Below are positions 19,937 through 29,561 of a stretch of 64,000 nucleotides of DNA, in pieces. Source of the stretch: a virus. The stretch lies in the IMG/VR virus record IMGVR_UViG_3300032242_003148, positions 1 to 64,000 of that record. The stretch is one strand, 5' to 3'. The position numbers and the translations under genes were made by a program. Under the pieces are notes generated by a model. It ran no database searches, had not been told where the DNA came from, and saw only the letters and a program-made list of their open reading frames with translations. Positions within the stretch are counted from its first letter, which is position 1, and each line of letters starts with the position of its first letter.

Positions 19937-20826
19937 GGATGGTTATCCCAGCCACTCCCGACTATGCAGAAGTTTGCTTGGAAATCAAGATACCTTCGAT
20001 GATTAGGGTGTAAGCCAGGGAACCAATTAACTAACGTCATATCTTTTCTAGCCACCTTCACAGTCATAACGTTATATCTCATCATTTGCGGATTGTTAGT
20101 CAGCACAGGTGGATATGATGGGCATGAGGCTTCTACCTCAAATATCCTCATGTTTACAACTTGCTTAGGAACTATATTAACTTTACCCTCGGCGAACAAT
20201 TCTTTAGGTAGGTCGTACATTTGAATTGCACAAACACTAGCCACATACCCTCTTGGGAGATGAACTCGTAATACCCGATTGAACTTTCCGTCCATTCCCC
20301 AGTATGTGTTCTCAGGAACCACCCTGGACTCGTCTATCATGCTAAACAATTCTGTGAGCGCTTCGATGGAATCTACATGGTGTAGCATATCTCCATCTTT
20401 TTTAGCTACGAATGTGTTTGGCCTGATTTGTTGAGGCTTGGCAATTCTATCTAGCTGAGCGTATCTTTCTACAGGATCCACAGTTAGACCTATCTTGGTT
20501 ATGGTTCTATTTAGTATTTCTGCCAGAGTCAACTTATTGTGAATTTTCTTAGGGGGAGCTTTGTGGGTGCTCGTGTTGTTTTCTGGCGCTTTAACTTCTA
20601 CTGGTGCTGCTGGTGGGGCAGCTACTGGCTCTTCGCAGTACTTGGACATTCTAACTTCTATGTCCTTTCTTACTTCTGTTACCAACCTATCTATACCAGC
20701 AGAACTAAGTGGACCTGATAAGATCTCTACTACTTTTTCAGGTGTAGCAACCATAGGCTGCTTTTTGTTTCTCTTTTGCTCTGCTGCTACTACCGCAGCC
20801 CGTACTTCTTCAGGGATAGGAATCAT
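19924..20826 (-). CDS. Hypothetical protein
   Basis: 300 aa ORF with an A-rich leader. Confidence 0.7.
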   Translation of the reverse strand: MIPIPEEVRAAVVAAEQKRNKKQPMVATPEKVVEILSGPLSSAGIDRLVTEVRKDIEVRMSKYCEEPVAAPPAAPVEVKAPENNTSTHKAPPKKIHNKLTLAEILNRTITKIGLTVDPVERYAQLDRIAKPQQIRPNTFVAKKDGDMLHHVDSIEALTELFSMIDESRVVPENTYWGMDGKFNRVLRVHLPRGYVASVCAIQMYDLPKELFAEGKVNIVPKQVVNMRIFEVEASCPSYPPVLTNNPQMMRYNVMTVKVARKDMTLVNWFPGLHPNHRRYLDFQANFCIVGSGWDNHPCEK

Positions 20827-20931
20827 TTTGTTTTGATTTCTTTTTTGGTTTTGGGTATTACTCTAAGCTAAGCCATAATCCCACTAACATTAGCAGGATC
20901 TCTATAGGCAAAACGGCAGAGCGTTCATAAT

Positions 20932-20940
20932 ATTATACCA
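20932..20940 (-). promoter_or_regulatory. Extended -10 promoter element
   Basis: TGGTATAAT on the minus strand in the gap upstream of the 20826 start. Confidence 0.5.
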
Positions 20941-20968
20941 ATAACAGATTAATAATTTCCCAGGGGGG

Positions 20969-21424
20969 TTATAAATTCTGCTCCACAGGATAATTACTCT
21001 GTAGATAATTTTTTAAAGGCTCTATAACTATTCCAGTTCGTGAATCAGCCTGCTCTTTAACAAATATACCTCCCACACCAGCATAAGATTTATCTTCATA
21101 CATAACAAACACATCACTGCCATGTATATAGCAGAATAGCATGTTATCCTGTATGTTATTACTCATGTCAAAGAAGTTAGAGTAGAGTAGAGTTTGCTTT
21201 AACTTGTCTGCATTCCAGAGTTTATTAATACTTACTTCCTTTTCTTTAGAGGAGTAGATTTTTAAGAACTTTATTCCTGCAGGTAAATACTCTAGTCTTT
21301 CTAATTCAAAATATACCTGGTTGTTATCACATAAAGATTGATCCACAACAGGAGTGTATATTTTCCTGGGGATACCAAAGTGCCTAGCAACTGCCTGTAT
21401 AACCTTTTGTTGATGGCTATTCAT
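20969..21424 (-). CDS. Hypothetical protein
   Basis: ORF packing with an overlapping start and stop. Confidence 0.6.
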   Translation of the reverse strand: MNSHQQKVIQAVARHFGIPRKIYTPVVDQSLCDNNQVYFELERLEYLPAGIKFLKIYSSKEKEVSINKLWNADKLKQTLLYSNFFDMSNNIQDNMLFCYIHGSDVFVMYEDKSYAGVGGIFVKEQADSRTGIVIEPLKNYLQSNYPVEQNL

Positions 21425-22004
21425 CTTTTATTTTTTCTTGTACGGGCTGAGCTATATCTTTCAGGTGGTTAGAATTCTCCACTTTTTGTTTGTGCAGGTC
21501 TATTAGTTCTTGGTTCTGCTCTATCAGGGTATCTAACTTACCCATCAATTTTCTAAGATTAGTGTTCAGTAGGTTTACTTCTATCATCTTGTGTGTTTTG
21601 TTTGGTTGCTTGTAGTTCTGTGTATAGTACATGAGCAGAAACTTTCATAAATCTTAGGAGCTTATTTATTACGTTTATCCTTACTAATAAAACAACGTTT
21701 ATTAATAATGATATAACCGTGATAGCTGTGAGTAGATATATGAATGTTTCTTTTTCCATACTAGAATTCGATTGTTAAACATGTGAGGGCTCGTTCCCTG
21801 GTAGGTCTGTTAAAAGAACCATAGTCAGGAACGAGCTTACCACATATGAATATTGGGAGTTTGTTGTTTATCTTTGTTACTTCTGCTCTATAGCTATGGC
21901 TTAGACAATAGTCTAAAGTCTCATGAAAATCTATAGATGGATCTTTGGTTAGCTCCTCGCCACAAAAGCCTCGGGGGGGAGTTATTGCTAATGAAGCAAA
22001 AGAG

Positions 22005-22805
22005 CTAACCAAGATCAGAGTATTTATGATGTGTGAATGCACCATCCTTTAATATTCCATAATGTAGGCAGGTGTCAAGGTTCCAACATGTAATTTCTTT
22101 TCCATCCAGGCCGTCTATTGTTAGATGTCCTGGTTGGGATAATGTTGTATGCCCTACGATCTGATTGCCAATCTCCTGACTAGCAAACATCTCGTCATTC
22201 CAGTCTAACCATAATGGCCCACCATATGCATCACGACCGCCTCTGGCTACTCCTACGGCACATATAGAGGTATTCCTGGGGTGCATTACATTCCTGAAAT
22301 TCTCCCAAACCTCAGGTAGGAGTACATCCACATGCCAATTTATATCCTTACCATAGGGTAGGTGTTGAGGAATAAACCCAGCATGACTTAGTAGCCAACC
22401 CTGCGCAAATACCGCAATATCAAAGTGATCTATAAAGAAAGTATCCCTAAGGTTATTCTCAAAGAACACTTTTCTAAAGTTGGAACATTTGTTCTGGGTG
22501 TAGCCACTAGCGTAGTAATGGTTATTCTTTACATGCCTAGCTCCTCTTGGGGCTGTGTTATTAAAGATATAGTTAATATCATGATTACCCACCAAAAAAG
22601 TGAAGTCATCTTTCCTGGGGTGTTCAGCTATTAATTCTCTAAGATATACGCAGGTTGCTTCAAATCCTGCCACAAGAGGAGGTTCATAGAAAGAGTCAAA
22701 CCAATCACCCAGGAATATTACCCTGTCGTAGTTTTCTTTTTCTAGAACCTTCTTTACTTGATGGATTCTCTGATGAACGTCAGGAATTATTAGCGTTTTC
22801 TTCAT
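22005..22805 (-). CDS. Calcineurin-like metallophosphoesterase
   Basis: DVH, GDWFD, GNHD, SHAG and GHT motifs; likely start MKKTLIIPD at 22805. Confidence 0.9.
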   Translation of the reverse strand: MKKTLIIPDVHQRIHQVKKVLEKENYDRVIFLGDWFDSFYEPPLVAGFEATCVYLRELIAEHPRKDDFTFLVGNHDINYIFNNTAPRGARHVKNNHYYASGYTQNKCSNFRKVFFENNLRDTFFIDHFDIAVFAQGWLLSHAGFIPQHLPYGKDINWHVDVLLPEVWENFRNVMHPRNTSICAVGVARGGRDAYGGPLWLDWNDEMFASQEIGNQIVGHTTLSQPGHLTIDGLDGKEITCWNLDTCLHYGILKDGAFTHHKYSDLG

Positions 22806-23238
22806 CAGCGCGGAAAAGTTGCATGAACTCGTCTCTTGCATTTATAAATACTTGATACCCCTCTGTCAACATCCAATCCTGGATTGGCTTGTGCCTGCTA
22901 GAGTATACATAGATATTAAAATCTTGCCCTGTGGATATATCTCCATACATAACTGTATGTCCTACGTTTTGTTCTGCTAAGATTTCTCTGTGTCCGTTGA
23001 TATTGTCTCCCCAGATACGGCCTTTGTATGTGAGACTTCTATGGCTAATTTGTATACCTGCTTTGAATTGTTTCTTACCTTCTCCTATGGTTCTAAGCAC
23101 TGGGTTTATAAGAGCCATGTATTGTTCAGGACCAGCTAGTCTTTCCTCTGACCAATGTAGGCTATTTTGAATTACATCAGAATTTAGTCTTTTGCGTGTG
23201 TGACCTTTATCGGTCCATAGTGTGATATATCTTTTCAT
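22780..23238 (-). CDS. Hypothetical protein
   Basis: ORF packing. Confidence 0.6.
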   Translation of the reverse strand: MKRYITLWTDKGHTRKRLNSDVIQNSLHWSEERLAGPEQYMALINPVLRTIGEGKKQFKAGIQISHRSLTYKGRIWGDNINGHREILAEQNVGHTVMYGDISTGQDFNIYVYSSRHKPIQDWMLTEGYQVFINARDEFMQLFRADEENANNS

Positions 23239-23430
23239 CTTGGTATTTTGTAGTAGCGGAATCCCAGAATTAATCTCTGGAGAGTCCTGATTATTATGTT
23301 TGGTCGGTTTTCCACGGCTATTGCGAAGTCTTTAGGATTGCCTGTAGGGGCAAAGACATACCTAGGAACTACTGGTTGCATAGTTAGGTTTGCCTCTGGG
23401 ATATCATCTTGTTGGTATAGGTTCATGGTT

Positions 23431-23580
23431 TTATCGTTTATACCCCCATGTAACACAGGCGGTAATTCCAAATGCAAACACCCAGTATAGGGAGTCTGCC
23501 CACTTTAGTTTAGTTAGCCACCAGATTGCGTTGATGAGATACATCATCATAATCAGGTAGTTGAATATTAGTTGGTTCAT
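23431..23580 (-). CDS. 49 aa membrane peptide (absent from the ORF track)
   Basis: Translated by hand as MNQLIFNYLIMMMYLINAIWWLTKLKWADSLYWVFAFGITACVTWGYKR*; fills the gap after the HNH gene. Confidence 0.6.
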   Translation of the reverse strand: MNQLIFNYLIMMMYLINAIWWLTKLKWADSLYWVFAFGITACVTWGYKR

Positions 23581-23581
23581 T

Positions 23582-24196
23582 TTAAAAATTGGTCGATACA
23601 CTAATTAATTTATTATACTTTCTTATATTTAATTTTGCTGGAAGTATCTGAAGATTTCCTGGGGCGTGGAAACCTCCTTTAGATACCGGAATTATATGGT
23701 CTACATGCATAAGGTTTGGTATACCCATGCATTTATTTATCCTGGTCCTTAGTTTGTATATCTCCCGTATAATTGCTCTATCTTCAGGATTTTCCGGCGT
23801 AGCTATTTTTAACCTATTTTGCCTCTTTAAGCTTTTTCTAGCTGTCAGTTCAGGATTAGCTTCACGATATTTTTTCTCACGCTCAGCTATTTTTTCTTTG
23901 TTAGCTTGATAGTACTTTTCACAGTAACCTTTATGGTTTTTTTTACGTCGCTCAGCTATTTTTTCTTTGTTAGCTTCACGATACTTTTTCCCATACGCAG
24001 CTATTTTTTCTTTGCTATAACTTTTAATTAGCTCAGCTATTTTTTCTTTGTTAGCTTCACGATACTTTTTTGAATATTTAGCTATTTTTTCTTTGTTAGC
24101 TTCACGGTATTTTTTTAGATACTCAGCTTTCTTTTCTTTGTTAGCTTCACGATATTTTTTTAGATACTCAGCTCTCTTTTCAGGGTCTCTCGGCAT
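23582..24196 (-). CDS. HNH endonuclease with N-terminal basic repeats
   Basis: HVDHIIP..KGG.H...NLQIL....N..K.N motif; repeated KKYREANKEKIAE. Confidence 0.9.
   Translation of the reverse strand: MPRDPEKRAEYLKKYREANKEKKAEYLKKYREANKEKIAKYSKKYREANKEKIAELIKSYSKEKIAAYGKKYREANKEKIAERRKKNHKGYCEKYYQANKEKIAEREKKYREANPELTARKSLKRQNRLKIATPENPEDRAIIREIYKLRTRINKCMGIPNLMHVDHIIPVSKGGFHAPGNLQILPAKLNIRKYNKLISVSTNF
23855..24175 (-). repeat. ~42 bp tandem repeats in the HNH gene
   Basis: Recurrent cagctattttttctttgttagcttcacgata on the + strand, about six copies. Confidence 0.85.
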
Positions 24197-24255
24197 GCCT
24201 GGTTTTGAGGCCTCTAGGGGATCGGACCCTATAGCCTCGGTGGTTTAGTTTTAGT

Positions 24256-24633
24256 TTAAGACCACACGCCCTGCTCTGATAAGAGCACGATAGGGGCCTT
24301 GTGAATTGGTTTGTTTATTGTTTTGTTCCTGAATGTCCCATGTTTGTAGGGGTTGTAGGTAATTTTATTTGTAAATTTTAAAATAGGTAGCGGCGTGTTT
24401 TTTGTCAAGCCACGGACAAATAGTGGTTCGCCCTGGACGTAGGCATGTACATTCTTTCTTTTCTCGCGAATGACTCGAGCGCGTCCTGCTTTGCTCACGA
24501 GGAAGGTAGCATCCTTCAATATTACCTCATCACTATGACATAGGACTCTCCAGCCCTTTTTTGTTTTACTCTGAACACTCCATGTCTTTTTGTTGAGATT
24601 ACGGTACACTTTGAATTTTATTGGAGATTCCAT
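24256..24633 (-). CDS. Conserved phage hypothetical protein
   Basis: KVYRNL..K.WSV, GR.RV.REKRKNVHA and TYNPYK motifs recur in phage proteins. Confidence 0.7.
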   Translation of the reverse strand: MESPIKFKVYRNLNKKTWSVQSKTKKGWRVLCHSDEVILKDATFLVSKAGRARVIREKRKNVHAYVQGEPLFVRGLTKNTPLPILKFTNKITYNPYKHGTFRNKTINKPIHKAPIVLLSEQGVWS

Positions 24634-25377
24634 TTACTCTAGTATATAGCTCCAATAGCGGCTGTCTGTTTTACCCTGCTTCTTATCCCAGAATATACAC
24701 CTAGCAATGTACGGTGGGATATTCCACATGCGGCTCATATCTAGCCAATGTTGCTCAATCTTATCATACTGTCTGAGGTCTTTAGCCTGATCCAAGCCAT
24801 AGGCTTGAAACAAGTGAGTGTCTAGGCAGGTTATAAATGCTTCGTTAGGAAAGCACATCTCTAAAGAGAAACTGGTTTTGGCTGGCCCTAGACCCAAGAC
24901 TCTTTTCATGAGCCTGTTTCTATAGCTAGTCCAATTCTCTTCAGAGCTCTTGGTGAACTCTTTTGTGTTGTCCCAGAAGTCATCAGCAAACTTAGAGATA
25001 AACTTGAGCCGGTTGTTATGCAAACCTACTCCAGAATCCTTGATAAGCTTACCCAACTTAGGGCGGTCCACAATCCAGTCTTCCCAATCCTTGATTGCAT
25101 TATAGCCAGCAACATTAGATTTATAGCTAGTGTGCACGCTCATAAACGCAAACAACCACCGTTTGAACAGCTCGGATTTGTTAGCGGGTGTAACAGATTC
25201 CCAATAGGTTCTGTATTCATCTATCTCCATCCTGTTCAAGCCACAGAAGAATTTTTCTACTTTATCATATTTTGGTTTTCTGGAAATGCCCGCCGGTTCT
25301 AGCTCTTGTGTGAATAGTTCTAGCTGAGCATTATCTTTATTCTCTAAATAATTACCTAAAAAGTTTAATTGTGTCAT
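24634..25377 (-). CDS. HhH-GPD superfamily DNA glycosylase-like protein
   Basis: HhH-like LGLGPAKTSF followed by CLDTH (catalytic Asp region) and a C-terminal Y..IE..W....IFWD. Confidence 0.65.
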   Translation of the reverse strand: MTQLNFLGNYLENKDNAQLELFTQELEPAGISRKPKYDKVEKFFCGLNRMEIDEYRTYWESVTPANKSELFKRWLFAFMSVHTSYKSNVAGYNAIKDWEDWIVDRPKLGKLIKDSGVGLHNNRLKFISKFADDFWDNTKEFTKSSEENWTSYRNRLMKRVLGLGPAKTSFSLEMCFPNEAFITCLDTHLFQAYGLDQAKDLRQYDKIEQHWLDMSRMWNIPPYIARCIFWDKKQGKTDSRYWSYILE

Positions 25378-25401
25378 TAACGCATATTTTTAAAAAGTTA
25401 A

Positions 25402-25431
25402 GGCCTCTGATGAAATTAATCACCAGAGGCC
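25402..25431 (-). terminator. Intrinsic terminator hairpin
   Basis: GGCCTCTGGTGA-TTAATT-TCATCAGAGGCC followed by a T-rich tail on the minus strand. Confidence 0.75.
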
Positions 25432-25458
25432 CATTCAAGTCCCTTTAGGGATTTTTAT

Positions 25459-25719
25459 TTACTTCTTTTTCTTCTTCTTGGCTGCTGCTGCTTTTTTGCA
25501 GGTGAACTTATTCATGAGGCAATCATACTTCTCCATGAGCTGATTATACTTTTTGGTTGCTGATGCAAGACGGCCGCGGAGTGACCAGATTGCCGTGCTG
25601 CTGGAGATACCCAGGCGCATGCCTTCTAACTTCTGGATCTTACCTTCGTTAACTAGTTCCTGAAGGGCTGCAATTACTTCCTGTTCAGTGAATTTTTTTG
25701 TGTTGTTTTTCTTACTCAT
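25459..25719 (-). CDS. Small basic hypothetical protein
   Basis: Lys-rich tail; overlaps the resolvase stop codon. Confidence 0.55.
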   Translation of the reverse strand: MSKKNNTKKFTEQEVIAALQELVNEGKIQKLEGMRLGISSSTAIWSLRGRLASATKKYNQLMEKYDCLMNKFTCKKAAAAKKKKKK

Positions 25720-26225
25720 AACGTACGTGTGTTTTTGATTCTTAGATATTCAGCTATGAGGATTCCGTCAGCGTCTACTTTTAATGGTAGTTTCGGGAAT
25801 AGTCTCTTGCCTACATCTAAACTTCCTTTCTTTAGCTCTTCTTTCTTTAAATTTTTAGGAAGAAGAACTGTCTGCCACTCTTTACTATCAAGATATACAT
25901 AGGGGATTTCGGCTGCTTCTAGGGCGATAAGAGTGGCCTCGATAGCCCTCATAGCACTCATAGATGCAAAGAATCTACCGGGGTTGATCATTGGCCGTTC
26001 TAATCCGGCAATCATACCCGCATCAGGTAAACCTGATGCCTTACCTTTTATTTCCAGGAAGATCTCTAATAGTTTTGGATAGTCTATTCTAGATATGTTC
26101 TTGGCTACTTTGGTATAGCTCAATTCTTTCTTAACGGGAGTTTTATAGAGATAGCTTTCCCCATTACTGAGGATTACCCCTACTCCGTTAGAAGATGTTC
26201 CGTTGTCTATGCCTATGTATATCAT
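25716..26225 (-). CDS. RuvC-like Holliday junction resolvase
   Basis: YIGIDNG, LERP, SKEWQ and ADGILIAEY RNase H-fold motifs. Confidence 0.8.
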   Translation of the reverse strand: MIYIGIDNGTSSNGVGVILSNGESYLYKTPVKKELSYTKVAKNISRIDYPKLLEIFLEIKGKASGLPDAGMIAGLERPMINPGRFFASMSAMRAIEATLIALEAAEIPYVYLDSKEWQTVLLPKNLKKEELKKGSLDVGKRLFPKLPLKVDADGILIAEYLRIKNTRTL

Positions 26226-26232
26226 TTTAGTA

Positions 26233-26418
26233 TCAGATGGTCTCGTTGATTATCTTCATAACCTCTTCGTAGTTTTTATGGCTAGCATTTTTTACGTAGA
26301 GGTTGTTCTTTAACCAGCGGAGATCATCATTATGTTTAACTGACTTTCGATAATCAGGCAAATTCATTTTTTTAATGAGCGCCGCTATCTTGGTCAGTTT
26401 ATCCAAATATTCAGTCAT
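26233..26418 (-). CDS. Hypothetical protein
   Basis: Fills the gap between the RecA-like gene and the resolvase. Confidence 0.55.
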   Translation of the reverse strand: MTEYLDKLTKIAALIKKMNLPDYRKSVKHNDDLRWLKNNLYVKNASHKNYEEVMKIINETI

Positions 26419-26419
26419 T

Positions 26420-27613
26420 TTAACTTTCAGTGTCCATTTCTAGCTGCGACTTCTTTTTACGACGGGCCTTGTTCTTCTCTTCTATCACCGATGCAACTTC
26501 AGGTGCCGGCATATCAGGAATACCAAAGGCTTGACGTATTAGTTCTTTAGCTTGAGGGCTGTTCATGAGAACCATGCCTAGCTCCATTTCACGATATTTT
26601 TTATCTGTGTCTATGATTGCTGTTGTGGGTTCTCCTGATGAGCTGTCGGTATATTCCACATTAGGCACTTTCCAACTGTACCATCCTCCTGATTTATTTA
26701 CTAACTCAGGATATGTTTCGCCTAGTAGCCTTACCAATGGACTATACCAATCAATACCACCATTGATATATAGGTCAAATTCAACCTTCTGACTATTACC
26801 CTCCCGGCCAAGCTTGTTACGCTTAACTGTTAAGCTATGAGTCGAACCGGCTTTTCTTTTTACACCCATGTGATCTTCTAGTAGTAGGTCTTTGGTTCTG
26901 GCAACCTTGAGCTGATAGGTAGAGTTAAAGCGCTGAGCCTCACCACCTATCAATGCTTCTGGTTTTTCAGCACCAAATGTAACCATTCCTCCAATTTGTT
27001 CTCTCAACTGATTGGTCACCACTAGCACAGCCTTTTCGCTCTCTAGGAGTGGAACAATGTTGCGGTAGAATCCCGCCATGAGCTTTGCATGCTCACCTAC
27101 CTTGGTTTGACCAATCACATCCTGATCACGCTCATACTCTGAAGCAGCACCTGCAACAGAGTCTAACGCAATCATAATAGGTGTTATTTGATCAGGATCT
27201 GCCTTTGGTATATTCTCAATAATAACCTTGATGAGAGTCAATGCCTCTTCAAGGGACTTAGGATTGTGATATATAACTTTCTTAGGGTCGCAACCTTGTA
27301 GCTCCATAAACCTGAAGTCAGGAGCATTCTCAGTTTCTACCCATATGAAATGTCCTCCTGCCCTGATGAATGTTTTGGCTAGTTCGAAAAGAAAGGAAGT
27401 TTTTGCGCAACCTTTCTTTCCGTATACTAGATAGCATCGACCGTAGGCTACAAACCTACGATCGAATACATATTCCATCAAAGGATTATCGAGGACAATT
27501 CCTGTGGGCGGAAGTTCTTTATCTACAGTGTTTAACTCTAGATTATCAGCTTCATCTTTGAACACTTTTTTGAAGTCTTTTTTAACGCCATTCAGGAGCT
27601 TGTCGATATCCAT
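26420..27613 (-). CDS. RecA/UvsX-like recombinase
   Basis: Walker A variant GKKGCAKTS, ETEN, ALDSV, TNQLR, GG.A..F, RNKL and GGWY. Confidence 0.9.
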   Translation of the reverse strand: MDIDKLLNGVKKDFKKVFKDEADNLELNTVDKELPPTGIVLDNPLMEYVFDRRFVAYGRCYLVYGKKGCAKTSFLFELAKTFIRAGGHFIWVETENAPDFRFMELQGCDPKKVIYHNPKSLEEALTLIKVIIENIPKADPDQITPIMIALDSVAGAASEYERDQDVIGQTKVGEHAKLMAGFYRNIVPLLESEKAVLVVTNQLREQIGGMVTFGAEKPEALIGGEAQRFNSTYQLKVARTKDLLLEDHMGVKRKAGSTHSLTVKRNKLGREGNSQKVEFDLYINGGIDWYSPLVRLLGETYPELVNKSGGWYSWKVPNVEYTDSSSGEPTTAIIDTDKKYREMELGMVLMNSPQAKELIRQAFGIPDMPAPEVASVIEEKNKARRKKKSQLEMDTES

Positions 27614-27620
27614 ATTTTAT

Positions 27621-28652
27621 TTAATTACTTGATAAGAAGCTAGCTGCGGCTTCCTTCGTGCTAAACTTCATCATTGGATTTGGTGGAAGCTTACTTGGGT
27701 CGATGTCACCCGGGTCAACAAATGCAGGTTCTTGCTGCGCTGGACGAGCCGCAGGAATTGCAGTGTTGATAGGAACACCTGCCGGTGCTACAGGCTGACT
27801 AACAGGTCTAGCAACAGGAACCTGCTGCTGAACAGGTGGAACGAATCCACTTGAAACACGCTCTATACCAGGAGCCCTGGCAGCTGCACGAAGACCTGGG
27901 AATCCATCCATGCAATGATCAAATACATCGCCTGAATACATATCCCTGAGCTTTGAAATAATCTCATCGTTGCTCTTAATCACAAGAGCTTCGTCTAGAT
28001 TATACATGTTGTCTGCTAGTTCAAGAGGTAGAACTGCTGGCTGTGATGCCTCTACGTTCAAGTACCATGGGTTAGAACTATTGTCCTTGAGCTGAACAAA
28101 CACAGGAAGGGCGCGCTCTGGATCATTGATCAAGGGGCGGGCATTTCCAGCGATGTCTGTTTTGCTCAGCCAATCATGGATTTGGCTTGCACCATTATAG
28201 CTAGGGATGTCTAGAACATGAACACCAGCAGCAATGTTGCTTGCGTAAACAACGTTGAATATCTGGCGCTTGGTAACCCTGCCGAAGTTTGGATACTTCT
28301 TGAAGGTTTTACCGTTCACGTTAACTGTTGCCCCTGCTTCATCCTGGGCGTAGCCAAGGTTCTTGTAATTGTTAGCGAAATATTCCGCAGGATCATTATT
28401 GCGATTAGGCACATAGTATTTCTCTTTGTACTTATCACCAAAATTATCACGGATTTCAAACGCCTTGTACCAGACACCATTACCGAATGCGTCTGCCTTG
28501 TAGCCAGGCATGAAGTACAGATAAACACCATTTTGATTAGTATTCTTGTTGAAGAGTACTTTCCTCACGTTTTCATGAATATAGGGTGTGTTGTTCTGGA
28601 CTTGTCCTGTTTCTGCTCCGTCGAACTTTAAGCTAGGTTTAATAAATGCCAT
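27621..28652 (-). CDS. Putative single-stranded DNA-binding protein
   Basis: Position directly upstream of the recombinase, gp32-like size and a low-complexity tail; no firm motif. Confidence 0.4.
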   Translation of the reverse strand: MAFIKPSLKFDGAETGQVQNNTPYIHENVRKVLFNKNTNQNGVYLYFMPGYKADAFGNGVWYKAFEIRDNFGDKYKEKYYVPNRNNDPAEYFANNYKNLGYAQDEAGATVNVNGKTFKKYPNFGRVTKRQIFNVVYASNIAAGVHVLDIPSYNGASQIHDWLSKTDIAGNARPLINDPERALPVFVQLKDNSSNPWYLNVEASQPAVLPLELADNMYNLDEALVIKSNDEIISKLRDMYSGDVFDHCMDGFPGLRAAARAPGIERVSSGFVPPVQQQVPVARPVSQPVAPAGVPINTAIPAARPAQQEPAFVDPGDIDPSKLPPNPMMKFSTKEAAASFLSSN

Positions 28653-28654
28653 AT

Positions 28655-28957
28655 TTAGTTGTTATTTTGTGTTGTAGGTTGTTCTTCTTCTAGGTTTGTG
28701 AAAAGGAAATACTCATTTCCAAGTTCTGTACTCATTGCTTTCGCAACTTCATAGATGTTGTTGTACTGTTTAAACCAATATCGCAGGTAACCAGAATATT
28801 CAAGTGGTATTTTGTTCCACTCTCTAATAATGGCTCCCGCGAGCTGGTGATCAACGTTCCATTCATCAAACTGAATATTGCAGGCCTTGCAAACCTTGTC
28901 AAGGCACTCACGCAATTTACTTTCTATAATCCGCTTATTCGTCTCCTGATAATCCAT
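28655..28957 (-). CDS. Hypothetical protein
   Basis: Packed directly downstream of the E1 gene. Confidence 0.6.
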   Translation of the reverse strand: MDYQETNKRIIESKLRECLDKVCKACNIQFDEWNVDHQLAGAIIREWNKIPLEYSGYLRYWFKQYNNIYEVAKAMSTELGNEYFLFTNLEEEQPTTQNNN

Positions 28958-28964
28958 AGAACTA

Positions 28965-29561
28965 TCAGATCATGAACAACTTCTTATCAGTTCGCTCTCC
29001 GCGAATAAAATTCAGGAAAACCTGAACCATCATACCTGCAACTACCGTGGGCAGAGTGTGACTGATGTTTGATTCTTTCTCATGCTTCAACAAGCAACCA
29101 CCACGAATGTCATCGTTGGTGATATATTTTTTGAGCTCTTCTTCTGGTAGCTTTGAATTAAACAAGGCACCCTGGCGACTAGTGCAACGACCATCAATCC
29201 AGAAGTTCTTGTCTTTGTTCTGGAAGCTCCAGTTATATAGTGTGCGGCGGAATTCCATACTGTCCACACAGCTGAAGATAACATCATATTTCTTGAAGTC
29301 CTTCTCCTCCATGAACTTATTAATTCCGTTCACCACATAACGATCTTCTAGCACTTTTACCTTTGGCTTGCCCACATCATCAATCTTATAGTTTTGATGT
29401 AGTAGGTTAGAGGTATCGATGATGTCATTATCATAGATATCAACATCCACACCAGAGTAATCAAATTGCTTACGGTTAAAGCCGTAGTCAAATAGGATAC
29501 CCAATAAGTTTGAACCAATGCCTCCGGCACCGGCTATACCAATTTTTTTTAGTTTAGTCAT
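28965..29561 (-). CDS. ThiF/MoeB/E1-family adenylating enzyme
   Basis: GAGGIG, YD.D.ID.SNL..Q, G.PKV, SCVD and IDGR motifs; candidate catalytic Cys in GGCLL. Confidence 0.92.
   Translation of the reverse strand: MTKLKKIGIAGAGGIGSNLLGILFDYGFNRKQFDYSGVDVDIYDNDIIDTSNLLHQNYKIDDVGKPKVKVLEDRYVVNGINKFMEEKDFKKYDVIFSCVDSMEFRRTLYNWSFQNKDKNFWIDGRCTSRQGALFNSKLPEEELKKYITNDDIRGGCLLKHEKESNISHTLPTVVAGMMVQVFLNFIRGERTDKKLFMI

Noticed and set aside
23855-24175. Possible CRISPR array
   Set aside because: The repeats are in-frame coding repeats of the HNH protein with no unique spacers, and no cas genes are visible.
28965-29561. ThiF/MoeB as a thiamine or molybdopterin auxiliary metabolic gene
   Set aside because: No pathway partners are in the window, the Zn motifs are missing, and the gene is coupled to a JAB protease. 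A sulfur-relay role is disfavoured but not excluded.
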